Shown here: piece after piece, positions 20,959 to 30,236 of the stretch
Position numbering within the stretch: position 1 is the first letter of the stretch
Layout: the number at the start of each line of letters is the position of its first letter
DNA from: an uncultured Chloroflexia bacterium
Lineage (GTDB): Bacteria > Chloroflexota > Limnocylindria > Limnocylindrales > CSP1-4
NCBI GenBank assembly: GCA_963746845.1
Contig: CAVVCZ010000001.1
Span: 32,001 to 96,000, forward strand
Length of the DNA: 64,000 nt
Reading direction: 5' to 3'
Notes under the pieces: model-generated
Database searches by the model: none
Seen by the model: only the letters and a program-made list of their open reading frames with translations
What the model was told of the DNA's origin: nothing
Program-made: the position numbers and the translations under genes

Positions 20959-22665
20959 CTAGAACAGCCCGACCACGTTCCCATCGGCGTCGATGTCGAT
21001 GTTCTCGCCGCCCGGCTTCGATGGCAGGCCCGGCATCGTCCGCATCTCGCCCACGAGCGGCGTGATGAACCCGGCCCCGGCAGACAGCCGGATGTCCCGG
21101 ATCGGGACGGTGAAGCCGCTCGGGCGACCCTTCAGGTTCGCGTCGTGGCTGAGCGAGTACTGGGTCTTCGCCATGCAGACCGGGAGATGGCCCATCCCCA
21201 GGTCTTCGTACAGCTTGAGCGCCTTCCTCGCGACCGGTGTCAGCTCGATCCCGTCCGCGCCGTAGACCCGGGTCGCGATCGTGAGGATCTTCTCGCCGAG
21301 CGGCGCGTCGTCCGGGTAGAGCAGCCGGAAGTCGGCCTCGCCGCTCGCTGCCGCGTCCCACACGGCCCGGGCCAGGTCGGCGGCACCGTTCCCACCATCG
21401 ACGAAGTGCGTCGCGACGACCGCGGCGCGGGCGCCCGCGGCCAGGGCGACCTCCCGGATCGCCTCGACCTCCGCGGGCGTGTCGGTCGGGAACGAGTTGA
21501 TCGCGACGACGGCCGGGACGCCGAACATCCGGACGTTCTCGACCTGCTTGGCCAGGTTCGCGGCGCCGGCCCGGACCGCCTCGACGTTCTCCTCGGTCAG
21601 GGCCGGGTCGAGCGGCTTGCCGGCCACGATCTTCCCGACGCCGCCGTGCATCTTCAGGGCGCGGACCGTCGCCACGACGACCGCAGCGTCCGGGGCGAGG
21701 CCGGACGCGCGGCACTTGATGTCGAAGAACTTCTCGGCACCCATGTCGGCCCCGAACCCGGCCTCCGTGCACACGATCTCGGTCGTTGCGAGGGCCAGGC
21801 GGTCCGCGATGATCGAGTTGTTGCCGTGGGCGATGTTCGCGAACGGCCCGCAGTGGACGAACGCCGGTCCACCCTCGAGGGTCTGGAGCAGGTTCGGCTT
21901 GATCGCGTCCGTCAGGAGCGCGGTCATCGCACCGGCGACCTTCAGGTCCTCCGCCGTCACCGCGGACCCGTCGCGGCGGGTCGCCAGGACCATCCGGCCC
22001 AGCCGCGCCCGCAGGTCCTGGATGTCGTGCGCGAGCGCAAGGACGGCCATGACCTCGGACGCGACGGTGATGACGAACTCGGTCTCGCGGGGGATGCCGT
22101 TCTCGCGGCCGCCGAGCCCGATGATCACCTTCCGGAGCGCGCGGTCGCTGATGTCGACGACCCGCGGCCAGAGGACCCCGAAGGGATCGATCCCGAGCGC
22201 GTTCCCGTGGTGGAGGTGGTTGTCGAGGAACGCTCCGCCGAGGTTGTGGGCCGCGCCGATCGCGTGCACGTCGCCGGTCAGGTGGAGGTTGAAGTCGGCC
22301 ATCGGGATGACCTGGCTGTACCCGCCGCCCGCGGCGCCGCCCTTGATCCCGAAGACGGGCCCGAGCGACGGCTGACGGATGCAGACCGCTGCCCGCCTGC
22401 CGATCCGGTTCAGGCCCTGGGCGAGGCCGACCGTCGTGGTCGACTTGCCCTCGCCGAGGGGCGTCGGGCTGATCGCCGTGACGACGACGTACTTGCCGCG
22501 CGGGTTCACCGCCTCGAGCCGCTCGATCCCGGCGAGGGTCACCTTCGCCTTCGTGTGGCCGTACGGCTCGATCTCGTCGTCGTGCAGGCCCAGGTCGTGG
22601 GCGACGTCCATGATCGGGCGGGGCGTGACCGAGCGCGCGATCTCCAGGTCGGACGGAAAGCTCAT
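20959..22665 (-). CDS. fhs: Formate--tetrahydrofolate ligase
   Basis: TPLGEGKSTT, FGIKGGAAGGGYSQV, GPFANIAHG, TEAGFGADMG and CMAKTQYS. Confidence 0.98.
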   Translation of the reverse strand: MSFPSDLEIARSVTPRPIMDVAHDLGLHDDEIEPYGHTKAKVTLAGIERLEAVNPRGKYVVVTAISPTPLGEGKSTTTVGLAQGLNRIGRRAAVCIRQPSLGPVFGIKGGAAGGGYSQVIPMADFNLHLTGDVHAIGAAHNLGGAFLDNHLHHGNALGIDPFGVLWPRVVDISDRALRKVIIGLGGRENGIPRETEFVITVASEVMAVLALAHDIQDLRARLGRMVLATRRDGSAVTAEDLKVAGAMTALLTDAIKPNLLQTLEGGPAFVHCGPFANIAHGNNSIIADRLALATTEIVCTEAGFGADMGAEKFFDIKCRASGLAPDAAVVVATVRALKMHGGVGKIVAGKPLDPALTEENVEAVRAGAANLAKQVENVRMFGVPAVVAINSFPTDTPAEVEAIREVALAAGARAAVVATHFVDGGNGAADLARAVWDAAASGEADFRLLYPDDAPLGEKILTIATRVYGADGIELTPVARKALKLYEDLGMGHLPVCMAKTQYSLSHDANLKGRPSGFTVPIRDIRLSAGAGFITPLVGEMRTMPGLPSKPGGENIDIDADGNVVGLF

Positions 22666-23633
22666 CGAGGTCCTCTTGAGGCAATCGGTGCGGTCGAAAC
22701 GGTCGCAGGCGCGACCTCCACGGTCCGGCGTGGCGCACGGGGCGGGACGGCCGACGCCGGAAGACCGCCGGGCGCATCCTCCTGGCCCTTCGCCGCGCGA
22801 ACGAGGTGGGCGAGGAGGAGGGCGTTCGTCAGCGGGCCGACGCCTCCCGGGACCGGGGTGATCGCCGACGCGACGCGTCGGGCCGATTCGAAGTCCACGT
22901 CACCGACGAGCGCGCCATCGACCACGTTGATCCCGACGTCGACGACCACGACGCCGCGGCGGAGCATGTCGCCCCGGATCAGGCCGGGGTGGCCGACCGC
23001 CACGACGAGGATCTCCGCGTCCTTGACGTGCTTCGCGAGGTCGCGGGTTCGCGAGTGGCAGACCGTGACCGTCGCGTTCTCGCGGACCAGCAGGAACGCC
23101 GCCGGCATGCCGACGACCGCAGAACGGCCGACCACGACGGCCCGCTTGCCCTCGATCTCGATGCCGGACCGACGGAGGATCTCGACGGCGGCATGGGCCG
23201 TCGCGGGCAGGAATCCGTCGTAGCCGAGACGGAGCAGGCCCGCGTTCAGCGGGTGGATCCCGTCGATGTCCCGGGCCGGGTCGATCGCGTCGATGACCGA
23301 CCGGAGCCGGATGGTCGGCGGCAGCGGCATCTGCACGATGATCCCGTTGATCGTCGGATCCGCGTTCAGCGCCTCGATCGCGTCGACGAGGCTCGCCTCG
23401 GACGCCTCGCCGTCAACCTCCACGAGCCGGCCCTCGATCCCGACCTTCTCGCAGCTCCGGAGGATCTGCTGGAGGTACACCATCGACGGGGCGTCGCGGC
23501 CGCAGATGACGACCGCGAGGCCCGGCGCGCGGCCGTGTCGCTCGCGGTACGCGGCGACGTCCTCGCTGACCGCCCCCCGGATCTCGGTCGCGATCGGTCC
23601 TCCCTGGAGAAGGCGGGCGCCCCCGCGTGGCAC
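22662..23633 (-). CDS. folD: Methylene-THF dehydrogenase / methenyl-THF cyclohydrolase
   Basis: GIIVQMPLP, DIDGIHP, VVVGRS..VG.P, DVGIN and TPVPGGVGPLT. Confidence 0.95.
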   Translation of the reverse strand: MPRGGARLLQGGPIATEIRGAVSEDVAAYRERHGRAPGLAVVICGRDAPSMVYLQQILRSCEKVGIEGRLVEVDGEASEASLVDAIEALNADPTINGIIVQMPLPPTIRLRSVIDAIDPARDIDGIHPLNAGLLRLGYDGFLPATAHAAVEILRRSGIEIEGKRAVVVGRSAVVGMPAAFLLVRENATVTVCHSRTRDLAKHVKDAEILVVAVGHPGLIRGDMLRRGVVVVDVGINVVDGALVGDVDFESARRVASAITPVPGGVGPLTNALLLAHLVRAAKGQEDAPGGLPASAVPPRAPRRTVEVAPATVSTAPIASRGPR

Positions 23634-23645
23634 GAGGTCAGGCCC

Positions 23646-24314
23646 TCATTCGCGGATCGGCTCCCGCGTCTCGCCGCTCCGGACCGTCGCGTGCGCGACC
23701 GCGGCGATCTCCTCGATGTCGTCGAGGAGGCGCATGACGTGCGCGGTCGTCTCGCCGGCCCACGCCTCGTCACCGACCGACGGCAGGTTGACCAGCACGT
23801 TGGCCGCGGCACCACGGGCGGCGGCCTCCGCCAGGAGGGCGGCGACTTCCAGGTCGCTCGAGGCGTTGACGTTGCTGCGGCCGACGAGCGACTCCGCCGC
23901 GGCGACGAGCTCGAGGCAGGCCTCGACGGTCACGAACGGCACCTCGGCCGCGCGACGCGCCGCCGCCCGCATCGCGGACTGACGCTCCGCCTGCTCGGCG
24001 GGCGTGTCCTTCGGGAGCTTCATCGCGGCGGAGAACACCGCGTATGCCTCGGCGTCGTCGTCCGCGAGGTCCAGCAGCCGGGCCGCCAGTCGCTTCCCGG
24101 TCTCGGCGGATTGGGCGTGGAGAGCGGCGTGGTCGGCGTACCTGGGCCGTCCCTCCGACAGGGCCGCGACCATCGCGACCAGCGCCGCTCCGAGGGAGGC
24201 GGCCACAGCCGATGCACTGCCGCCGCCCGGGACCGGGGCAGACGAAGCGAGCTCGTCGACGAACGCCCCGACCGTCAGGTCGCGGAACGACGATCGCGGC
24301 GGGTTGTCGGGCAT
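23646..24314 (-). CDS. Formiminotetrahydrofolate cyclodeaminase / cyclohydrolase (FTCD_C family)
   Basis: ELASSAPVPGGGSASA, DDDAEAY, NVNASSD and NVLVNL. Confidence 0.9.
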   Translation of the reverse strand: MPDNPPRSSFRDLTVGAFVDELASSAPVPGGGSASAVAASLGAALVAMVAALSEGRPRYADHAALHAQSAETGKRLAARLLDLADDDAEAYAVFSAAMKLPKDTPAEQAERQSAMRAAARRAAEVPFVTVEACLELVAAAESLVGRSNVNASSDLEVAALLAEAAARGAAANVLVNLPSVGDEAWAGETTAHVMRLLDDIEEIAAVAHATVRSGETREPIRE

Positions 24315-24438
24315 GGCCCGATTGTAGGTGGCGCCGACCCCCGCGACGATGCGCGGAGGTCGGCGTCGATGTCACCGGTCGGGACAGATGCGGTACCGGC
24401 GCACCCGTCCCGCAGGCGCCGTGGCGCGACAGCTCCCC

Positions 24439-24708
24439 TCAGGCGGCGCGCCGGTCGTTGTCCAGGGCGGTGATCGTCCAGCGGCGCGAGCGGTGCTGAT
24501 ACGTCAGGGAGAGGCGCGCTCGCGGCGTCTCCACCTCGAACATCGTTCGCGGCCCGGTGATGACCGGGAACGCGGCCGCTTCCTCGCGGACGGCGGCGAG
24601 GCGGGTGACGGTCAGATGCTCGTCCCCCCAGGTGATCTCTCGTGGGCTTCCGTCGAACCAGCCCGTCCGGACGTGGACCTCCACTGGCTCGACTCGGATC
24701 ATTGCCAT
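24439..24708 (-). CDS. Small (89 aa) DUF6504-like protein under LexA control
   Basis: AAGGAG SD before ATG 24708; P..I.WG....V and L.L......RW pattern as in DUF6504; two upstream SOS boxes. Confidence 0.7.
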   Translation of the reverse strand: MAMIRVEPVEVHVRTGWFDGSPREITWGDEHLTVTRLAAVREEAAAFPVITGPRTMFEVETPRARLSLTYQHRSRRWTITALDNDRRAA

Positions 24709-24797
24709 TCCAGGCTCCTTTGCGGCGAGCCGACGCCGGAGCGTCGACCGTTGGATCGCGTTGGCTCGCGTCCGTCGTCGGGGCACATCGGCGACTG

Positions 24798-24809
24798 GAA
24801 CGTCTGTTC
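24798..24809. promoter_or_regulatory. LexA (SOS) box GAAC-GTCT-GTTC
   Basis: Exact Gram-positive-type GAAC-N4-GTTC. Confidence 0.8.
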
Positions 24810-24821
24810 GGTTCTGACGTC

Positions 24822-24851
24822 ATCGTGCATCGAACAGGTGTTCGATGTCAA
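24822..24851 (-). promoter_or_regulatory. LexA-repressed promoter: TTGACA, SOS box CATCGAAC-ACCT-GTTCGATG, CACGAT
   Basis: -35 TTGACA overlaps the dinB stop; 8-bp-arm palindrome 24828-24847 lies in the spacer. Confidence 0.85.
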
Positions 24852-26176
24852 GAGCCGTCGAGGCGATCCTCTGCGTCCGGCGTGACATCTAGGCTGTCAC
24901 GGTCGTCCGGGTCCGGGTCGGTGTTCGAAGCGGCCTCGCCCTCGCCCGACACGTCCATCGCTCGCGGGTCGACCGGCGTCATCGGGTCGCGCTCGAACGG
25001 CGTGGGCAGCCGCGAGCCGACCAGCCGTGCCCGCGTGATCGCCCGCTCGCCGTAGCGGTGCCGCACGGCGTCCGCCGCCTCGACGACCTTCCGTCGGCGC
25101 GGGTCGTCGGCGTCGAACAGGGCGAGCTGATCCCGCTCGCCGAGGCCGCTCGCGGTCACGCCGAGGAGCCGGATCCGGACGCCCCGGACCTCCGGCCGGG
25201 CGAGCTCGACGGCCGTGCGGAAGATCGGCTCGGTGAGATCCGTGGCCTCCGCGAGCGTTCGTTGCCGGGTGATCGTCCGGAACGTCGTGTCGCGGATCTT
25301 GACTGTGATCGTCGAGGCCTTGACGCCACTGTCCCGCAACCGGCCGGCCACGCCCTCGCTCATCGCGAGCAGGGTTCGCTCGATCTGGTCCCGGTCGGAG
25401 GTGTCCACGTCGAACGTGTGCTCGTGGCCGATCGACTTGGCCGCGTCGCGATCGCCGACCGGGTCCGCGTCGATGCCCCGTGCCCGCGCCCCCAGCGCCG
25501 CGCCCATCTTTCCGAACCGTCGGATCAGGAGATCGTCCGGCAGCGCCGCCAGGTCCCCGATCGTTCGGACGCCGTACTCGCGGAGCACCGCGGCCGATTT
25601 CGCGCCGACGCCCCACAGCCGGCTGATCTCGAGCGGCGCGAGGAACTCCGCTTCCGTACCCGGCGGCACGACGACGAGGCCGTCCGGCTTCCGGAGATCC
25701 GAGGCGATCTTGGCGACCAGCTTCGTCGTCGCGACCCCGACCGAGATCGTCAAGTCGATCTGGCTGCGGACCTCGTCCTTGATCCGCCGGCCGATCCGCT
25801 CGCCGTCGCCGAACATCCGCTGCGACCCCGTCACGTCGAGGAACGCCTCGTCGATCGAGATCGGCTCGACCTGTGGGGTGAACCGGCGCAGGACGGCCAT
25901 GACGTCCCGGCTGACCGCCTGGTACTTGGCGCCGTCGACCGGCAGGAAGATCCCGTGCGGGCAGAGGGCTCCGGCTGTCCGGAGCGGCATCGCGGACTTG
26001 ACGCCGAACGTGCGGGCCTCGTAGCTCGCGGTGCTGACCACGCCCCGGTCGTTCGGCCCGCCGCCGCCGACGATCACCGGCTTGCCGCGGAGCTCCGGCC
26101 GGTCCCGCTGCTCGACGGCCGCGAAGAATGCGTCGAGGTCGACGTGGAGGATGGTCCGGACCGGCTCCTGGCTCAC
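24848..26176 (-). CDS. dinB: DNA polymerase IV (Y-family)
   Basis: HVDLDAFFAAVE, SYEAR, SIDEAFLD, AKIASD..KP and little-finger KSIGHE. Confidence 0.96.
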   Translation of the reverse strand: MSQEPVRTILHVDLDAFFAAVEQRDRPELRGKPVIVGGGGPNDRGVVSTASYEARTFGVKSAMPLRTAGALCPHGIFLPVDGAKYQAVSRDVMAVLRRFTPQVEPISIDEAFLDVTGSQRMFGDGERIGRRIKDEVRSQIDLTISVGVATTKLVAKIASDLRKPDGLVVVPPGTEAEFLAPLEISRLWGVGAKSAAVLREYGVRTIGDLAALPDDLLIRRFGKMGAALGARARGIDADPVGDRDAAKSIGHEHTFDVDTSDRDQIERTLLAMSEGVAGRLRDSGVKASTITVKIRDTTFRTITRQRTLAEATDLTEPIFRTAVELARPEVRGVRIRLLGVTASGLGERDQLALFDADDPRRRKVVEAADAVRHRYGERAITRARLVGSRLPTPFERDPMTPVDPRAMDVSGEGEAASNTDPDPDDRDSLDVTPDAEDRLDGS

Positions 26177-26196
26177 GCGCGAATCATCGCGCCGCC

Positions 26197-26387
26197 GTCA
26201 TCCGCTCGTGCGGGACTAGCCGTTTCTGTCAGATGACCGCCGGGTGGCCGCTCGTCACGGTCGAACCGTCGATCGTCCGGTCTGGCCGCCCAGAATCAGC
26301 CCTCGGCAGCTACCAGAGCGGCGCCGACACACCCGTTCGGGCCCGAGTTGGTGACGAATGACCGCCCGGAGAGCGGATGACAGAAAC
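26197..26387. repeat. Intergenic element with inverted-repeat ends (REP/MITE-like)
   Basis: GTCATCCGCTC (26197) and GTTTCTGTCA (26222) are both reverse complements of parts of GAGCGGATGACAGAAAC (26371-26387). Confidence 0.5.
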
Positions 26388-26429
26388 CGCGGCGCCGCGG
26401 GGGGCGGCCAGCGGCGGCCGAAGCCGCGC

Positions 26430-26876
26430 CTACCCCTTCGGCTCGACGACGATCGTGACCTCGGGCGCGACACCCGAGAAGACCTTGATCGCGACCTTGT
26501 AGGTCCCGAGCGACTTGAGCGGCTCCTCGAGGTCGATCTTGTGGCGGTCGATCTCGATCCCGCGACGGGCGAGGGCGTCGGCGATGTCCTTCGAGGTGAT
26601 CGAGCCGTAGAGCTTGCCGCCCTCGCCGACCTTGACGCCCATCGTGAGGGTGGTCGAGGCGATCCGGGTGGCCGCGATCTCGGCCTCCTCGCGCTCGCGC
26701 TTGCGCTTGTCCTCGCGGCTGGCGATGTCGTGCTGCCAGGCGCGGTAGGCGCCGCCGGCGGCCGGGACGGCCACGCCCTGCGGGATGAGGAAGTTCGTGG
26801 CATAGCCGTCGGCCACTTGCTTCATCTCGCCGCTCTTGCCGAGCTTGGCGACGTCCTGGGTCAGGATGACCTTCAC
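26430..26876 (-). CDS. rplI: 50S ribosomal protein L9
   Basis: VKVILTQDVAKLGKSG...VADGYATNFLIP and GKLYGSIT. Confidence 0.97.
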   Translation of the reverse strand: MKVILTQDVAKLGKSGEMKQVADGYATNFLIPQGVAVPAAGGAYRAWQHDIASREDKRKREREEAEIAATRIASTTLTMGVKVGEGGKLYGSITSKDIADALARRGIEIDRHKIDLEEPLKSLGTYKVAIKVFSGVAPEVTIVVEPKG

Positions 26877-27388
26877 GCGATCGGTTCCTCTCTGTTGATC
26901 CACCCGCGCACCCGCGGTGCGACGCCCGACTGATCGAAGGCGGCACCGGCCTGGCCGACGAGCTGCGGAATGCGGCGGATCGTCTTGCGAACCGGTCCCG
27001 GCGTCAATCGCCGGATCCGGGCCATGTCCTGTTCGAATGCCGTGCGCTCGATCCCGAGCTCGGCAAGCTTCTCGTGGAGCAGCTCCTCCGGGACTCCATC
27101 CAGGAACAGGTCGACGGCGAGCATCACCACGACCAGGTCGTCGAGCGCGCCGAGGATCGGGATGTCGTCCGGGATGATGTCCCGACCGACGAGCAGATAG
27201 CCGGCGGCGCCTGCGAGGAGGGCCTTTCGTGCGGCCGGCGTTCGGTCGTCGACGACGAGCGCGAGCATCAGGCGCGCGTACTGGGGCGCCCGGCTGGCCA
27301 GCGGCATGAACGCCATCAGGCCGATCGCCCGGTTGAGCGCCTGCGACGCGCGACCCTTCTGCTTGCGAGTCTTCGGCGGCTGCGCCAT
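26873..27388 (-). CDS. YkvA / DUF1232 family protein
   Basis: YLL...DIIPDDIPILGALDDL; ATG 27388 with GGGAG SD. Confidence 0.85.
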   Translation of the reverse strand: MAQPPKTRKQKGRASQALNRAIGLMAFMPLASRAPQYARLMLALVVDDRTPAARKALLAGAAGYLLVGRDIIPDDIPILGALDDLVVVMLAVDLFLDGVPEELLHEKLAELGIERTAFEQDMARIRRLTPGPVRKTIRRIPQLVGQAGAAFDQSGVAPRVRGWINREEPIA

Positions 27389-27499
27389 TCCGCTCCCTTT
27401 CCCGATCCGACACCGTCCACGCACGTGCGCGATCGGCCGGGGGCCGAGAGTCTACCAGCCTCCGCCCCGCGGACCCGGCAGGCTCTCCAGGACTGCTCC

Positions 27500-27527
27500 T
27501 TGACATCGAACGTCCGTTCGGTATCAT
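27500..27527 (+). promoter_or_regulatory. lexA promoter with autoregulatory SOS box
   Basis: TTGACA-T-CGAACGTCCGTTCG-G-TATCAT; box at 27507-27520. Confidence 0.9.
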
Positions 27528-27550
27528 GCCCGCAGGACAAGGAGGCGCCG

Positions 27551-28201
27551 GTGACCAAGCACGATGCGGACCGGAAGGTCAGGATCCTGGACTACATCGC
27601 AGCGACGCTGCGCGCACGGGGCTATCCGCCGTCGGTCCGGGAGATCGCGAAGGCCGTCGGCCTCGCATCCACGTCCGCCGTCCACCACCATCTCCTGATC
27701 CTCGAGCGGGACGGCTACCTCGAGCGCGGCGCTGCCCAGTCGCGCGCCATCCGCCTCACGCCATACGCGGCGATCCGGCTCGGACTCGCGGCCGAGCTGG
27801 TCCCCCAGGCGGTCACGATGGAGGCGCATGTCCTCCCCGTCGTCGGCGAGATCGCCGCCGGCGGACCGATCGAGGCCTACCAGGACGCGTCGGAGACGAT
27901 CGGCATCCCGGACATGCTCGCGCCCTCGGGTGACGCATACGTCCTCAAGGTCCGCGGCGACTCGATGATCGAGGCCCACATCGCGGACGGGGACTTCGTC
28001 CTCATCCGGCCACAGTCCACCGCCCGGAACGGCGACATCGTCGTGGCCCAGGTGGAGGAGAACGCGGTCACCCTGAAGCGGTTCTTCAAGGAGAAGGACA
28101 AGATCCGGCTCCAGCCGGCGAACCCGGCCTACCCGGCCATGTTCTACGACGATGTCCGCATCCAGGGCAAGCTGATCGGCGTGATTCGGCGGCTCGACTA
28201 G
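27551..28201 (+). CDS. lexA: SOS repressor LexA
   Basis: GYPPSVREIAKAVGLASTSAV wHTH, IAAG cleavage site, GDSM Ser and TLKRF Lys; AAGGAGG SD. Confidence 0.97.
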   Translation: MTKHDADRKVRILDYIAATLRARGYPPSVREIAKAVGLASTSAVHHHLLILERDGYLERGAAQSRAIRLTPYAAIRLGLAAELVPQAVTMEAHVLPVVGEIAAGGPIEAYQDASETIGIPDMLAPSGDAYVLKVRGDSMIEAHIADGDFVLIRPQSTARNGDIVVAQVEENAVTLKRFFKEKDKIRLQPANPAYPAMFYDDVRIQGKLIGVIRRLD

Positions 28202-28234
28202 CGGCTGCCGCGACGAACGCCGTCCGGCTCGCAT

Positions 28235-28301
28235 CCGTCCACAGAGTTTCCACATCGGGCTAACCGGCGGCCCGGATTCGGTGGACGAACTTCGGGGACA
28301 A
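28235..28301. promoter_or_regulatory. Cluster of degenerate DnaA-box-like 9-mers upstream of dnaB
   Basis: CCGTCCACA, GTTTCCACA (+) and TCGTCCACC, TTGTCCCCG (-) versus consensus TT(A/G)TCCACA. Confidence 0.45.
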
Positions 28302-28368
28302 CTCCCTACCGGGCACAGGCATGTGGCCGTGACACTGAAGGTGACACGACCTGCTGCGATGTTCCGAG

Positions 28369-29724
28369 GTGCCCGTGATCGATCGACTGCCGCCCCAGAG
28401 CCTCGAGGCTGAGCAATCCGTGCTCGGCGCGATCCTCATCGACCGTGACGCGGTCGTCGAGGTGGCCGAGTTCCTCCGGCCCGCGGACTTCTACCGGCAG
28501 GCGAACGGGAAGATCTTCGAGGCCGTCCTCGAGCTGTTCGAGCGACGCGAGCCGATCGACATCGTCACCGTGTCGGAGGCGCTCGAACGGTCGGACGACC
28601 TCGAGAACGTCGGTGGGCGGGCCTACCTCTCGAGCCTGTCGAACTCCACGCCGACGGCTGTCCACGCCGTCCAGTACGCGCGCATCGTCGAGCGCAAGGC
28701 GGTCCTCCGGAACCTGATCGGCGCCGCGGGGCGGATTGCCGGCATCGGCTACGAGGACCCAGCCGAGATCCAGGAGGCGATCGACCGGGCCGAGGCGGAG
28801 CTGTTCGCGGTCAGCCAGAAGCGCATGGACGTCGGCTTCTCGAAGCTGGACTCGCTCCTCCACCAGGCGTACGACCGCCTCGACTACCTCCACGCCCACC
28901 GTGGCGAGATCAGCGGGATCCGGACCGGCTTCACGGACCTCGACGCGCTGACGACCGGGCTCCAGAAGAGCGACCTCGTGATCGTCGCGGCCCGGCCGAG
29001 CGTCGGCAAGACGAGCTTCGCGCTGAACATCGCGGAGCACGCCGCCGTTCGCGACAAGCGGAGCGTCGGCATCTTCAGCCTGGAGATGAGCAAGGAGCAG
29101 CTCGTCCTCCGACTCCTCTCGAGCGTGTCGAACATCGACAGCCAGCGGCTCCGGACCGGCTTCCTCGAGGAGCTGGACTTCGCCCGGATCGCGCCGGCGA
29201 TGAACGCGCTGTCCGAGGCGCCGATGTACATCGACGACACGCCGAACATCAGCACGATGGAGCTGCGGACGAAGGCCCGCCGCCTCCAGGCGGAGGCCGG
29301 CCTGGACCTCGTGATCGTCGACTACCTCCAGCTGATGCAGGCGCAGACCACGACCCGCGATGCGAACCGCGTCCAGGAGGTGTCGGAGATCTCGCGCGGG
29401 CTGAAGGCGCTCGCCCGCGAGCTGAGCGTCCCGGTCATCGCCCTGAGCCAGCTCAGCCGGCAGCCGGAGATGCGGGAGTCGAAGGAGCCACGGCTGTCGG
29501 ACCTGCGCGAGTCGGGCGCGATCGAGCAGGACGCCGACCTCGTCTGCTTCCTGTGGCGCGAGAAGGAGCGCGGCTCGGAGGACCAGGATCAGGAGGGCGA
29601 GGTGATCAACCTCAAGCTCGCCAAGCACCGCAACGGCCCCACGGGCGAGGTCCAGCTCTGGTTCAAGAAGCGCCAGACCCGATTCGTCTCGTACGCCGGC
29701 GAGAGGTTCGCCGAAGCCGGCTAA
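28369..29724 (+). CDS. dnaB: Replicative DNA helicase
   Basis: PPQSLEAEQSVLG, AARPSVGKT, FSLEM, DYLQLM and LSDLRESGAIEQDAD; no intein. Confidence 0.98.
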   Translation: MPVIDRLPPQSLEAEQSVLGAILIDRDAVVEVAEFLRPADFYRQANGKIFEAVLELFERREPIDIVTVSEALERSDDLENVGGRAYLSSLSNSTPTAVHAVQYARIVERKAVLRNLIGAAGRIAGIGYEDPAEIQEAIDRAEAELFAVSQKRMDVGFSKLDSLLHQAYDRLDYLHAHRGEISGIRTGFTDLDALTTGLQKSDLVIVAARPSVGKTSFALNIAEHAAVRDKRSVGIFSLEMSKEQLVLRLLSSVSNIDSQRLRTGFLEELDFARIAPAMNALSEAPMYIDDTPNISTMELRTKARRLQAEAGLDLVIVDYLQLMQAQTTTRDANRVQEVSEISRGLKALARELSVPVIALSQLSRQPEMRESKEPRLSDLRESGAIEQDADLVCFLWREKERGSEDQDQEGEVINLKLAKHRNGPTGEVQLWFKKRQTRFVSYAGERFAEAG

Positions 29725-29741
29725 CCAGCGCGACTGCGTTC

Positions 29742-29858
29742 GTCGCGCCTGGGCGTCAAGGGCAAGGCGCGGAGGAGGACCATAAGCAAGCGCACTTCAG
29801 GTGCGTGAGCGCGGACCGCAGCCGGCAACGCCGCCATCGGCGTCCAGGCGCGACAGCC
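29742..29858. repeat. Structured intergenic repeat element, copy 2
   Basis: GTCGCGCCTGG/CCAGGCGCGAC outer stem, GGCAAGGCGC...GGCAACGC and apical CGCAC-TTCAG-GTGCG; homologous to 12330-12448. Confidence 0.75.
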
Positions 29859-29878
29859 GTCAGTCCCGCCGCCGAGCA

Positions 29879-30082
29879 TCAGCCCTCGTATTCGAAGCCG
29901 ATCTTCAGCTCGACGCGATACTCGACGATCTCGCCGTCGCGGACCTCGGCGGTCGACTTCACGACCTCGACCGTCTGGATGTTGCGGACCGTCTTCGCGG
30001 CGGTCTCAACCGCCCGGCGGGCGGCGTCGCTCCAGGAGTTCGGGCTCCGGCCAACCATCTCGCGGATGATGATGACGCCCAT
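29879..30082 (-). CDS. Dodecin family protein
   Basis: EMVGRSPNSWSDA...A.KTVRNI...EYRVELKIGF. Confidence 0.92.
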   Translation of the reverse strand: MGVIIIREMVGRSPNSWSDAARRAVETAAKTVRNIQTVEVVKSTAEVRDGEIVEYRVELKIGFEYEG

Positions 30083-30160
30083 GTGGTCGGTCTCCTCTGC
30101 GCGGGGTGGGAGGCGCGGGCGGTCCCGCGGAGCCGTTCGAGTCTAGTCCCGGAATCGACG

Positions 30161-30183
30161 AGGCCGGCCCGTCGGGCCGGCCT
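30161..30183. terminator. GC hairpin downstream of the zinc-ribbon gene
   Basis: AGGCCGGCCC-GTC-GGGCCGGCCT. Confidence 0.55.
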
Positions 30184-30236
30184 GCGTGACGGCGATGGTG
30201 GCGACGTCGTGACGGGGACGCCGCGCGATCGGGCCG

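Noticed and set aside
26262-26275. CGAACCGTCGATCG as an SOS box for dinB
   Set aside because: Mismatch in the conserved GTTC half-site and no clear associated promoter; not supportable
28235-28301. oriC
   Set aside because: Boxes are few and degenerate, no AT-rich unwinding element, no dnaA/dnaN nearby
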